A model generated the notes under the pieces. It did not search any database, was not told the origin of the DNA, and worked only from the letters and a program-made list of their open reading frames with translations. Shown one piece after another: positions 12,717-24,297 of a stretch of DNA of 64,000 nt. Every line of letters begins with the position of its first letter. Within the stretch, counting starts at the first letter, position 1. This DNA is from Octopus sinensis (Eukaryota). A program made the position numbers and the translations under genes. Location: the NCBI RefSeq assembly GCF_006345805.1, contig NC_043003.1:37572001-37636000 (forward strand). Direction: 5' to 3'.

Positions 12717-13486
12717 CTTCACCCACCTTTGTACAAAATAAAGCTGTATAGGATTGTCTGTCTTTAGATTTGAATGTGTTGGAATTGATTTAATATAAAT
12801 CAACCTAATGCACATACCTGCTTTGCCAAAGAATACTAGGATACTTATCCAGTAGAAATACATGTTGGAATAGAATATGAAGAAAATAAGTTATTAAATA
12901 AATTTTGAAACTGTATAAATTCTCCATTCTTCATTATGATATATATATATATATATATATAATGTGGCACATTGCTGTACTCGAGAAGACCTCCCATCAC
13001 AATAGAACTGAGGTTCTAAAACCAAGTTGTCTTATAAAAAGCACCAAGTACACTATAAAGTGGTTAGCATTAGGAAGGACATCCAACCATAGAAACTATG
13101 CCAAAGCAGACTATGGAACCTGTTGTGGCTCCTGGCCTTGCCAATTCATGCCAAGCTGTCCAACCCATGCCACATGAAAAATGGACGTTAAATGTTGATG
13201 ATGATGATATGTATACACACACTATACTATATTACATTACATAATGGAGGAAAGATCAGGCATGTTTTTGTATGTGGCATATTTATTCACTGACATTTCT
13301 TTGTGCATAAATCTAATGCTGTTGAATATTGAAAACCTGAATAAAACGTTTCTCTAAAAATCCATCTGTTTACTTAAAATTACAGAACACTAATCACCTT
13401 GATAATGATATGGATGATGTCACAGTGTGTTGCTACCCACATGAGAACTCGGATAAATAATCTTTCTCTCCACTTTTATTCTTCAG

Positions 13487-13611
13487 AAATGCATCCGAAC
13501 AAGAGCAACTATTCCTTAGAGCCATTATTGCAGAGTTCCAGCGTTGTGGTTTGGAAGAAGCACAGTTTTCCAAGCTTTACACTCAACACATTTCTCTTTG
13601 CAGGTTAGAAG
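13487..13611 (+). CDS. ORC1: ORC1 exon, winged-helix domain ([42 protein letters not shown])
   Basis: [14 protein letters not shown] motif; tcAG / G|GTTAGT; 125 bp, phases match neighbours. Confidence 0.96.
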
Positions 13612-14215
13612 GTTAGTATCAAATAAAATCAATGTAATTTGAATCAATTAATGTTGTGTTAGCAAAATATCAAAAGAGTAAAATTTTTTTAAATTGTATA
13701 GGGGTTGCCCAAATTTTGGCTGTTGCTGCTCTCAATAGTAACCTAATACACGATTTTGTTTTTACTGCATTAACAATCTTTCTGCTCCATATTTCTGGCT
13801 CAGTTCTGATTATCTTTATCCTTTTCTGTGCTTTTAAAAAATTTTATATTGTTTCATATTCATATTTTTCCCCACTAGAATTTAAACAAAATACTTTGAG
13901 TGGATTTGGTAGATGGAGACTGTGGAAGCCAATTGTGTGTGTGTCTTTGTTTCTGTGTTTGTCCCCCCACTACCACTTGACAACTGGTTCCTTGGTTTGT
14001 TTACTTCCTTATAACTTGGCAGTTTGACAAAAGAGAGCGATAGAATAAGTGCCAGACTTTAAAAAATAGGTACTGGGGTTGATTTGTTTGACTAAAACCC
14101 TCCGAGGTGGTATCCCAGATGTCTTTCCTGTTTGTGTATTGCTAATCACTCTACCATGACGTGTGAACAGTGATTTGTGGTTTACTTTGGAAATTCAGAC
14201 ATTTATTGTTTAGAG

Positions 14216-14405
14216 CAGCGCTTAAACTTTTTCCATTCATGACCTCATTTTTCATCACAAGATTCTTCGCAACCCCAGATATTAAATGACACATCACGTT
14301 AAATAATGTGCGTTTGTGAAATAACACATAAACTGAGATTCAGGTGTTTGTATTTAATTTTCGCGACCCCAAATGGCGTCGCGACTCATAGTTTATGAAG
14401 CGTTG
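14216..14405. mobile_element. hAT-type MITE
   Basis: Imperfect TIRs CAGCGCTT-AAACT / AGTTTATGAAGCGTTG; 8-bp TSD-like GTTTAGAG / GTTTTGGG. Confidence 0.6.
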
Positions 14406-15402
14406 GTTTTGGGTAATGTTTTGGTTTTAATGCTCTATTGATGTTCTACCAGTCACCACTCAGCTAAAGGAGAAAAACCTACCGTTACAGGAAGAGTTAT
14501 CTACCTTGTTTTCTAAAAGCAATGTGTATTAATAGTTGTAGTGATGGAATGAAACAATTGGGTGCAGCCGTTTGTACGCTGACAATTTGGTACGGCTGAC
14601 TGGACATCCAACCTATTTTAGCGACATTATCTTTTTTGGTGCTGAAAACAAACACACACACACACACTCTCTCTCATGCAAAAATATATACAGACTTATA
14701 AAATGAGAGAGTGAGGAATGACAGTTTATTAATTGAACATGAATGAACTTAAACACATTTCCTCCCCTCATACACATGGAGAGAAATATGCTCACACAGA
14801 TAAATTGAAAGAAAGGGAGGCAGAGAACCTATGTTTTATGTTCAAAATGGCCAGATCTGGTCTCTCATACCTACCCTACAATGCCATTTTAAAATAATCA
14901 CATCTTTGAAATCTCGAAGCTACAAGATAATGCATGATTAATTCAAAACAATATGAATAAATAAGCATTATATTTGACAAAGTAATCAAAGTAATCGAAC
15001 CGTCCAACCCATGCTAGCATGGAAAACGGACGTTAAACGATGATGATGATGATGAATTCTGTACAGATGTGTTTGGCCATGAACAGATATTACCCAGCTT
15101 GGAAACAAGTGAATGTTGTTGACAGGAAGGGCATCCAGCTGTAGAAAATCTGCCTCAATAATCCCCACCTGATCCATGCAAGCATGGAAAAGTGAACATT
15201 AAAAAGATAAGAATGATGGATGAAATAAGTACAAGGGTTGAGGGAATCAACTAAAACTCTTAAAGATTATGCTTCAACATTGTCATAGTCCAATCACTAA
15301 AACTAGTAAAAGTACCAAAAAAAATTTAATAGGTTAGAAGAGGAGATATACATGTGACATAATCCCTTTTATTATTTTTAACTTTCTTTCTCTTCACAAC
15401 AG

Positions 15403-15566
15403 GTCTTCCACCACCCACATTTTCTGAATTGTTTTCAATCTGTTCCCGCCTGAGCTCCATGAAAATTTTATTATCCGAACATGGCCAGATGGATTTACAG
15501 ATGAAGGTCCGACTAAACATCAGCCAAGATGACGTTTTGTTTGCCATGAAGGATATAGACTTATAA
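15403..15566 (+). CDS. ORC1: ORC1 terminal coding exon (LPPPTFSELFSICSRLSSMKILL...VRLNISQDDVLFAMKDIDL*)
   Basis: VRLNxSQDDVLFA C-terminal ORC1 motif; acAG acceptor; TAA stop at 15564-15566. Confidence 0.97.
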
Positions 15567-15654
15567 TACAATATACTACTTCATATTCACTTCATTATTT
15601 TTATGTCTTTCTGAAGTCATGACAGAAATTTATTTTTGTTGTTGTTTTTTTTTT

Positions 15655-16030
15655 CCTTTTACTCTTTCTTCATTCACATGTATAATATTGTCCCAAATGT
15701 AAATAGTTTTAAACTTAGTCACATTTATTTTTAAGGCTGTGGACATCAGAATCGGCAGAGCATTAGACAACATGACTTTCAGTATTCTGTTGTTTTTTTT
15801 TTCTTCTCTTCATCCATGTGTAATAATATTGTCTCAAATGTAAATAGTTTTAAATTTAGTCACTTTTATTTTTAAGGTTATTGACATCTATAGAGCACTA
15901 CACAACATGACTTTCAATATTGTTGTATTTTTTTGTCTCTAATGTAAATAGTTTTAAGTTGTTTTAGTTGTTTTTATTTTTAAAGGATACGAACATCAGA
16001 ATCAATAGAGCACCAAACAGCATGACTTAT
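15655..16030 (+). repeat. Three diverged tandem units (~105-140 bp) downstream of the ORC1 stop
   Basis: AATGTAAATAGTTTTAA at 15696, 15837, 15941 and CATGACTT at 15771, 15906, 16021. Confidence 0.8.
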
Positions 16031-16189
16031 ATCCTGTTATGTTTCTTTACATTCTAAATTCAAAAATCTTACTTGAAATAACTTTGCCCCTTCAATCCTT
16101 CAGAATTGATAGATAAATCTGCCCCCCCCCCCAACCTCAATTTGTGGTCCTGTGTCTGTGTTAATAATTGCTATTACTGAAACAGAACA

Positions 16190-16417
16190 TTAACCCTTGA
16201 GTATTTAAATTAGCTATATCTGCCCCCAAAATTTTACCTTTTTTTTCATGTTCAAACTAGCCAGATCTGCTTTCCCATACTTACCCTGCAATGTCATTTT
16301 GAAAATATTTAACAATCACACTATCAAAATCTCAAAGCTACTAGATGATGCAGGAATAACTAAAAGCAATAAATAAGCATTACATTTGACAGAATCATAT
16401 GAATGCTAAAGGATTAA
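16190..16417. mobile_element. piggyBac-type MITE family 1
   Basis: TTAA flanks, CCCTT(T)AG-type TIRs, ~225 bp; homologous to 25659, 48820, 50213, 61437 copies. Confidence 0.75.
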
Positions 16418-17658
16418 TGTCAGATAATAGTGGACTAACTGAATCTACACTATTTGTGCCAGCAATTTATGTTCTGAGTTCTGGGGATATAAATAAGATA
16501 AAACACCAGTCAAATATTGAGGTTGATTTAACTGACTTTTCCCCTTGCCCCTTTCCGATTTTGTGCCTACATTAGAAGCAACATCAGATGCAAAGTTTTA
16601 GTAACTTTCTTTGTAACAGTTGCAGTGAAGTAGGTCTATAGGAGACTAGTTCACTACTTGAGGGGCTGGTTATTTATTTCTGTTACTGGCACTGCAAGTT
16701 ACATATAACCTTTGCAATGATTAATTTCACTCAGTATAGTAATTAATATCCTAGCTGAATATAGTTAACTGCTGTAACTATATTAAGTACTATATAGTAA
16801 AAGCACTAGAGTTTTGCTAGTTTTGGTATCAAGCTCAAATCATCCAAAGGGACCACAGAGGAGAAATCAACAAAAAAAAACCGTTGCATGGAATGCTGCT
16901 TTTATTTCCAATATTCTGTACAGACATATTACCTAGCTTGGAAACAAGTGAGTGTTGTTGACAGGAAGGGCATCCAGCTGTAGAAAATCTACCTCAGTAA
17001 TCCCCACCTGATCTATGCAAGCATGGAAAAGTGAACATTAAAATAACAATGATGGATGAAATAAGTACATAATTGAATATAGCAGATATCCCTATATCAT
17101 TAGTGTTCTAAGTTCAGCATTCACTGCACTGCTGTTCTTAGGGCTTTGGCTATAGTTTAGAAAGGATGTCCACGGGTCATCATTCTGTCCATCAGTTTCT
17201 GGTGGGAAGGCAACTCTGGGTGTCTCAGACAGTACTTGGTAAATTGCAGCTGTCTTTTTACTATCTTATTGGTCAGCTGAGAAAATCATCTTCTACATCC
17301 AGCCAGATGATGATGATGATCAGAGCATGTATATCAATAACAAAATCATTGATATATACTCTAGACATCATTGGACTGGGCAGCTGACTTCACTGGCAGT
17401 GAGTGGTCACCGGAGAGGCTGGGGAGAAGTCTGAGACTCAATATCTAATATCAAGGCAATGGACATCAATAAATGCTGTGTTTCAAAGACAGTATACAAT
17501 GTGATGTATAAATAATGCAAACAATGTGAAATAGATTGGCTCAGTGAAAATGTATATTTGCAACCCAATTTGAAATTTGCATGTTTCAAATTTCAATATC
17601 TGGTATAATTACTGTTATATTTTATGTAGTTTTAATATAGGGAAATAAATTTTGCATA

Positions 17659-18123
17659 CCGTAAATCCTCGAGTATAGTCCGCCCTTGAATATAATACAC
17701 AGGGGATTTTTAGGAGGCTGTACCTCTGAAAAACCTAAACCTTGTGTATAATATGCACCCCTTCTCTAACTTGAATATAACATCCTTTATTATTATTATA
17801 TATATAACATAATGCAGCTTTTTGTGCATTTTGTTTGCAGGAAATAAAGAAATAACAGTAATAATGAATAATAAATGTTGCTTAGTGCAAGTTATGGATG
17901 ATTCTTTTATGACTTCATTGCTTTCAGGCTTAGCTTAAGGTATTTTCACACCCAATATCACAAAATGTGTCTGGATAAACATTGTCGGACAGCAAATAGA
18001 GACTCGGACATTGCTTAGAAAATAATTTTCATTTTTAACCTCGTATATAGTACGCACTAGGGATTTTGACCTTTAAATTTTTTTTTGGGTGGGGGGATGC
18101 GGATTATACTCGGGGATTTACAG
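17659..18123. mobile_element. Tc1/mariner-superfamily (pogo/Tc2-like) MITE
   Basis: 25-bp TIRs CCGTAAATCCTCGAGTATAGTCCGC / GCGGATTATACTCGGGGATTTACAG with TA duplication on both sides. Confidence 0.85.
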
Positions 18124-18824
18124 TACTTGAAAATCGTTTTTCCTTTCCCTCTCTTTCCTTATATATATATACACACACACATATGTATTTCTTTCTCTTT
18201 CTTTGCCTTCCTCCCATTCTCTTTCCTTCCCTAATACTTTACTTTTTCCTTCGTTCTAGCTTTCTACCTGTCCTTCTCTTGTCTCCAGTCCTACAGAACA
18301 TTTTCCTTTGCATTACTCCATGTCAGTCCATCTTGCAGCTGCATGGCTTTTTTAGTTGTATGTGTATATTTTATTTTGTCATGTTTCTTTTTCGTCATTA
18401 TCCCATGCATTTGTTAGCTATTTCCAGTGGCTTTTCACCACTGGTGCCACCAAAAGTGAACAATATCAATGTTATAGGAGCAAAATCTTTTGGACATTGA
18501 CTGATGCGGAATAAGCTACAAATTTCCGTTTGTTGGGTATTTGTTAAATTTATGATATATATATATATATATGTGGGGGGAGAGAGAGAGAGATGCATAC
18601 ATATATATAAATAGGTAAGATTAAAGAATTCCCCTTTTTTTTTTTTTAGCTTTAACAACTTACTACAAATATTGAGTTTTTTTTCCTTCATGATCTTCAG
18701 CAGGATGCGTTTTTATATACATGGTCCATTGAACCAGTACAAATAGCAACCAAATCTCCCTCAAATCTTACGGAAGGTTGACATGGGCTAAATAATAAGC
18801 ATCTGAGATTCTTGTTTTGAAAAT

Positions 18825-19225
18825 TCCTGTGGCAAATGCTCAGGAGCCATAACACTGAAAATGTGCAGAGAACAACTTCTGCCACATTCCAGGGAGGAAA
18901 ACTAGAAGTAGTTGATAGCTTCCATTACCTAGGTGACCAAGTCAGTAGCGGGGGAGGGTGCGCTGAAAGCATAGCAGCTAGAATAAGAATAGCCAGGGTA
19001 AAGTTCTACTGGTGAAACGCCTCTCGCTCAGAGTAAAAGGTAGACTATGATGCATGTGTACGAACAGCCATGCTACATGGCAGTGAAACATGGGCCATGA
19101 CTGCTGAGGACATGCGTAAGCTCGCAAGGAATGAAGCCAGTATGCATACTCGACAGAGTGTAAGTACCTTGAGAGAAAAGTTAGACCTAAGAAGTCTCAG
19201 ATGTGGTGCACAAGAGAGAAATTTT
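18825..19225 (+). mobile_element. RTE LINE internal fragment
   Basis: Encodes KLEVVDSFHYLGDQVSSGGGCAES...CVRTAMLHGSETWA; same family as 58073-61200. Confidence 0.9.
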
Positions 19226-20074
19226 GCAGCTATTTCTAGCAGGTTAAACAATTACAAAGGCTTCTTTATCAGCTCATAGTCATAGTGATTAGTTTGGTAC
19301 TAGTTCACTATGACCAACCGAAGATATCATCTGTCTTTCACACCCTGTCACCAAGTTGTGTTTGTGTCCACTATAAGGACACATAACTCAGCCTGCTAGT
19401 TATTAACAGATACCATAGATCAGGAGTAACTGGGTTCAACTCCAGGCAAGGGTATAATAGCATAGAGAGTGATATACTCTGCTGGTTCCATATAACCCAT
19501 TCTCAATACATTGTATGAGGAGGGTTAACTAATGCAAGAAATAGGGGAATATATGATGAGCATTGGTGTGGAATTTTGGGATTGATGTTCCTCAAAGTCC
19601 TCTGCTTCATTTGAAGGAAAGAGTTTTTCTCTCTCTTTTTTTGTATTGTTTCATGCAATGGAAATTGCATGACTTTGAATAAAAAAAAATTTTTCCAAAA
19701 TGTTCAAGTTTTGTTTTGTTTTGTTTTTAATCTTTATATTCTGTACCTTACCTCGATTCCATAATCTTTTCTTTCCCTGTTGCGTATGAGACTTCAAGGA
19801 AACAATTATGCCAAAACTCCATTTAAGTATTTATGGCAAACTATAATTAATTTGCAAAACTCATCTATTTTCCAATATAAACTATTAAACAGTTATTTCA
19901 ATACTTTGTTCTGTGTGTATTATACATTAGCACTATGAATATGTGTGTGTGTTTATTTATGTACGTATGTATATATATATGCGCAATGACTCTGAGGAAG
20001 CAATTTTTAACAGTTTTAGATTGGGCTTCTGGTTTTTTGAACTGGAACATGCAACGCATATATATATATATACA

Positions 20075-20470
20075 CTCTCTCTCTTTTACTTGTTTCAGTC
20101 ATTTTGACTGCGGCCATGCTGGAGCACCGCCTTTAGTCGAGCAACTCGACCCCGGGACTTATTCTTTGTAAGCCCAGTACTTATTCTATCGGTCTCTTTT
20201 GCCAAACCGCTAAGTGACGGGGACATAAACACACCAGCATCGGTTGTCAAGCAATGCTAGCGGGACAAACACAGACACACAAACATACACGCACACACAT
20301 ATATATACATATATACGACGGGCTTCTTTCAGTTTCCGTCTACCAAATCCACTCACAAGGCTTTGGTCGGCCCGAGGCTATAGTAGATGACACATGCCCA
20401 AGGTGCCACGCAGTGGGACTGAACCCGGAGCCATGTGGTTCGTAAGCAAGCTACTTACCACACAGCCACT
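20075..20470 (-). mobile_element. CORE-type tRNA SINE, family B, full length
   Basis: tRNA-like head GTGGCTGTGTGGTAAGTAGC...GGTTCAGTCCC, CORE-like GGCACCTTGGGCA block, internal microsatellite, tail ...GACTGAAACAAGTAAAAGAG. Confidence 0.85.
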
Positions 20471-21890
20471 CATATATATATATATATATGTAGGATGGCC
20501 ATCTTTTTTTTAACCCCAAATCGACCGTGATCCGTGACCAAAGGCCATCCTGTATTAGAAACTAGCATAACTGCGTTATTCAATATTCCTTATATTAACA
20601 CAGTGATGTTGTTTGAGAAGATTTACCTGCTATTTCTAGCAGGTTGAAGAACTACGTGGACGCTCCGTCGTTGACTGGTCATATATAAAATAACGAGGAT
20701 AGATAAATAGTGATACATTCAATATGGTAATACGAATATGTATTCGTATATATAATTAAGTGAGACCTTATACCTGTCACCAAGAAATCAATATTGCCAT
20801 ATGGTGAAAGGGGCGTAGAACAGGAAAGGTCAAAGTTCATTCATTCACTGAATGATTTGTGTATGTAATTTAAGGTGCTGTTGTTTCTTCGCTGTCCTTT
20901 GACCTACTGTTATACATTTAACTATCGATTGTCAAAACCGATATGATTGGTTGTTAGAAGATTTTAAAATCCAATGAAATTAGATGTATTTACGATCTCC
21001 TCTAAACTTGTAAATTGCATCTACAATAGAATAGAATGCAGGTTAGAAAAACTACGGAAGCCGCAACTAGTCATTAAGTAGCTATTAATGTAATATGTTA
21101 GACGCCGATGAGAGACAGTTTATGAAGTCAAGAGGAAATAAGTAATCCATTATAATTAGTAATCCTGTACAATCTGAATATTTTTTTTTATTACGACGGA
21201 AAGAATTGTTTTTAAAGTATCAACATAAGATATTAAGACATAATGTAAATATGTTATTTACAAATAAACGTTCGTTCATCAAATATGGATTGATTAGCGG
21301 GAGCAATTTTTTCTTTTTTTAAATAAATCTTGTAGATTTATTGAGTAGGTGTTATAGAGAAGAATGTGTCTTTATGCCTGATCTTGAGAGGCTAAAATGT
21401 ATCTGAATCTCCATCATATTTTTTATTACATCTAGTTGATTTATTGACTTTATAGAAATGCTAAGATCATGAAGGTTTGTGTGTGTGTGCTGATGACGGC
21501 TGCTGTGGCTGAAGCATGTCTTCAACTGTCCTCTTGTCTGCAGACTATCAAATTGTCTTCTTAATGTCATATCAAAATCGAAGCATTTTTTTGGTCTTGA
21601 GATTATCTCCCCTCGTTATTTTGAGTTGATCGCAATTATCATAAAGCCTACGTTTATTTTTCTCAGAAATAGAAAATGATTTCAATAAATGAAGAATTTA
21701 TCTTGTATAGTTTTGTGTGTGTTGTGTACTGCCACTTGTCACCTCTTTTCTGAGCCACTCCTATTTCTTTCACCTTCCACCCAACTCAACTGATATTCAC
21801 CACCAACCACACCTTCACTTTTGTTCATCATTCACTATATTCACCCCTGTGAGGGAGTATGGCTAAGTGATTAGGGTATTGCATTTACAA

Positions 21891-22120
21891 GGCGGCGAGC
21901 TGGTAGAAACGTTAGCACGCTGGGCGAAATGCGTAGCGGTATTTCGTCTGCGTTATGTTGTGAGTTCAAATTCCGCCAAGGTCGACTTTGCCTTTCATCC
22001 TTTCGGGGTCGATAAATTAAGTACCAGTTACGCACTGGGATCGATGTAATCGACTTAATACCTATGTCTGTCCTTGTTTGTCCGCTCTGTGTTTAGCCCC
22101 TTGTGGGTAATAAAGAAATA
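21891..22120 (+). mobile_element. SINE family A nested in a CORE-type SINE (about 21852-22330)
   Basis: 16-bp TSD GGTATTGCA(T/C)TTACAA at 21875-21890 and 22121-22136; host SINE head and CORE block resume either side. Confidence 0.85.
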
Positions 22121-22820
22121 GGTATTGCACTTACAATAATGAGATCGTGGTTTCAATTCCTGGACCAGGTGGTGCATTGTATTTTGAGGAAAGCACTTCA
22201 CCTCACATTGCTCTATGATCACTCCAACACTGCACCTGTTCGAGCAATGTTGATTTGATGGAGGGAGTGGGCTTAATGTACAGCACAAACATTTGATCAC
22301 TATAAACAAAGCATTTGCGTAGATTCAGCATTAAATTGCAGAACCATCTTTCTTGGACTACGAGAGACTGCCATCATTCATACATTCATCTCAGCTTCCC
22401 CCATCTCTAACTATCTGTCACTCTCTTCTCACACTCTTACAAACTTACCCACCTACACTTCCTGATCATCTCTCCCTATTCTCCCTTATACTCACCTACT
22501 GCTTCTACCTTGAGAGTATGTTCTGACAACTCATCACCATCCTCTTTATCTTCTTTCCAGCTACTTTCACCCTTATACAATGTGAAGTAGCCATATATAT
22601 CCCCTGCAGCAGTGGTTCCCGAACTTTTCCAGGTTGCCACCCCCTTGGATCTCAGGCTACATTCCTAGCATCACAAACTCCGACTCAGTACCACAAACAT
22701 GAAGCCCTTTCTGCAGCAAATTCAAAACTGGAACAGCCTTTGATCACTAGTCTGCAAGCTCATGGTTGATCTGGGGTTAAAAAAAATAAAATGGCCATCC
22801 CACATATATATATATATATA

Positions 22821-23545
22821 TCATCATCATCATTGTTTAATGTCCGCTTTCCATGCTGGCATGGGTTGGACGGTTTGACTGAGGACTGGCGAGCCAGATG
22901 GCTGCGCCAGTCTCCAATCTGATCAGCAGAGTTTCTACAGCTGGATGCCCTTCCTAACACCAACCACTTTGAGAGTGTAGTGGGTGCTTTTACGTGTCAC
23001 TGGCATGGGGGCCAGTCAGGTGCTACTGGCAATGGTCATGCTCAAATGGTGTTTTTATGTGCCACCTGCACAGGAGCCAGTCTAGTGGTGCTGGCAACAA
23101 CCTCGCTCAAATGTTTTTCATGTGCCAGTAAGGCGACACTGGTAACGATCACATTCAAATGGTGCTTTTTATGTGCCACCAGCACAGAAGCCAGTCAGTG
23201 GCCCTGGCAATAATCACGCTCGGATGGTGCTTTTCGCGCTCCACTGGCACAGATGCCAGTGATGTGGTGCTGTCATTGAATTTGATTTCAATTTTGATTT
23301 CACTTGTCTCAACAGGTCTTCGCAAGCAGAGTTTAGTGTCCAATGAAGGAAAGGCATACATAAGTGGGCTGGTTGGTTACACCACTGGCATAGACCACAG
23401 GTTATGGTCTCACTTGGCTTGCCGGGTCTTCTCAAGCACAGCATATTTCCAAAGGTCTCAGTCACAAGTCATTGCCTCAGTGAGGCCTAATGTTCAAAGG
23501 TTGTTACTCACCACCTCATCCCAAGTCTTCTTGGGTTTTCTTGGA
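22821..23545 (-). mobile_element. RTE LINE 3' portion (ORF end plus 3'UTR)
   Basis: Reverse strand encodes KKTWDEVV...LGLTEAM...DLWKYAVLEKTRQ then the UTR and (GAT)n tail. Confidence 0.85.
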
Positions 23546-23569
23546 TATATACATACATATATATATATA

Positions 23570-23670
23570 CCAGAGTAAGCACATAAATGTGAAACAAGCT
23601 GGTGAAAATAATACTCAAATATCAGAGGTAGAGTAATATGCTTTATTAAAAAAGTTTCACGTTCCCATTA
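23570..23670. mobile_element. Short terminal fragment of the repeat also seen at 39730-39920 (Penelope-like by inference)
   Basis: GTAAGCACATAAATGTGAAACAAG...GGTAGAGTAATATGCTTT shared; GTTTCACGTTCCC remnant of the hammerhead-like segment. Confidence 0.5.
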
Positions 23671-23974
23671 ATTTTTTAAAATAAAGTATGTATGTGTGTT
23701 GCATGTTTAAAAACCAGAAGCACAATCTAAAGCTGTTAGAAATTGTGTATTTCAGAAATAAACTTAACCTAATTAACCCATAATTTTGTTGTTTTTAAAT
23801 CCATTGCCTCCTTTTGGCCATCCCAATATCACCCCACTTTTCTTCAATGTCCCCCTTGGGTACAGAACAAGAAATTTAGCACTTTTTTTATATAGTTTTA
23901 TAAATTATACATATAGCACTAAATATAAAATAAAACAAAAAAGTATATAAATTCATACCAATACAAATACAAAG

Positions 23975-24297
23975 GGAGGCACAATGGCCCAGTGGTTAGG
24001 GCAGCGAACTCATGGGTGGAGGATCATGGTTTCGATTCCCAGACCGGGTGTTGTGTGTGTTTATTGAGCAAAAATACCTAAAGCTCCACAAGGCGCCGCC
24101 AGGGGATGGTGGTGACCCCTGTTGTATTCTTTCACCCCAACTTTCTCTCATTCTCTCTTCTTGTTTCTTGAGTAACACTGTGACGAACTGGTATCCCGTC
24201 CAGCTGGGGCGGAACACATACACTACAGAAACCAGGAAACTGGGCCCATGAGCCTGGCTGGCTTGAAAAGGGTGCATAAATAAATAAATAAATAATA
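23975..24297 (+). mobile_element. tRNA-derived SINE with family-C head and a different tail
   Basis: Head matches 4796-5172; tail GAACTGGTATCCCGTCCAG...CTACAGAAACCAGG; (TAAA)n end; 12-bp TSD ACAAATACAAAG. Confidence 0.85.

Noticed and set aside
20400-20470. tRNA genes at SINE heads (also about 5100-5170, 23975-24040, 37440-37510)
   Set aside because: A/B boxes present but no complete cloverleaf; each continues into a SINE body.
21490-21520. CUGAUGA as a hammerhead core
   Set aside because: Followed by GAAG rather than GAAA, with no closing stem II pair and no stem I or III.
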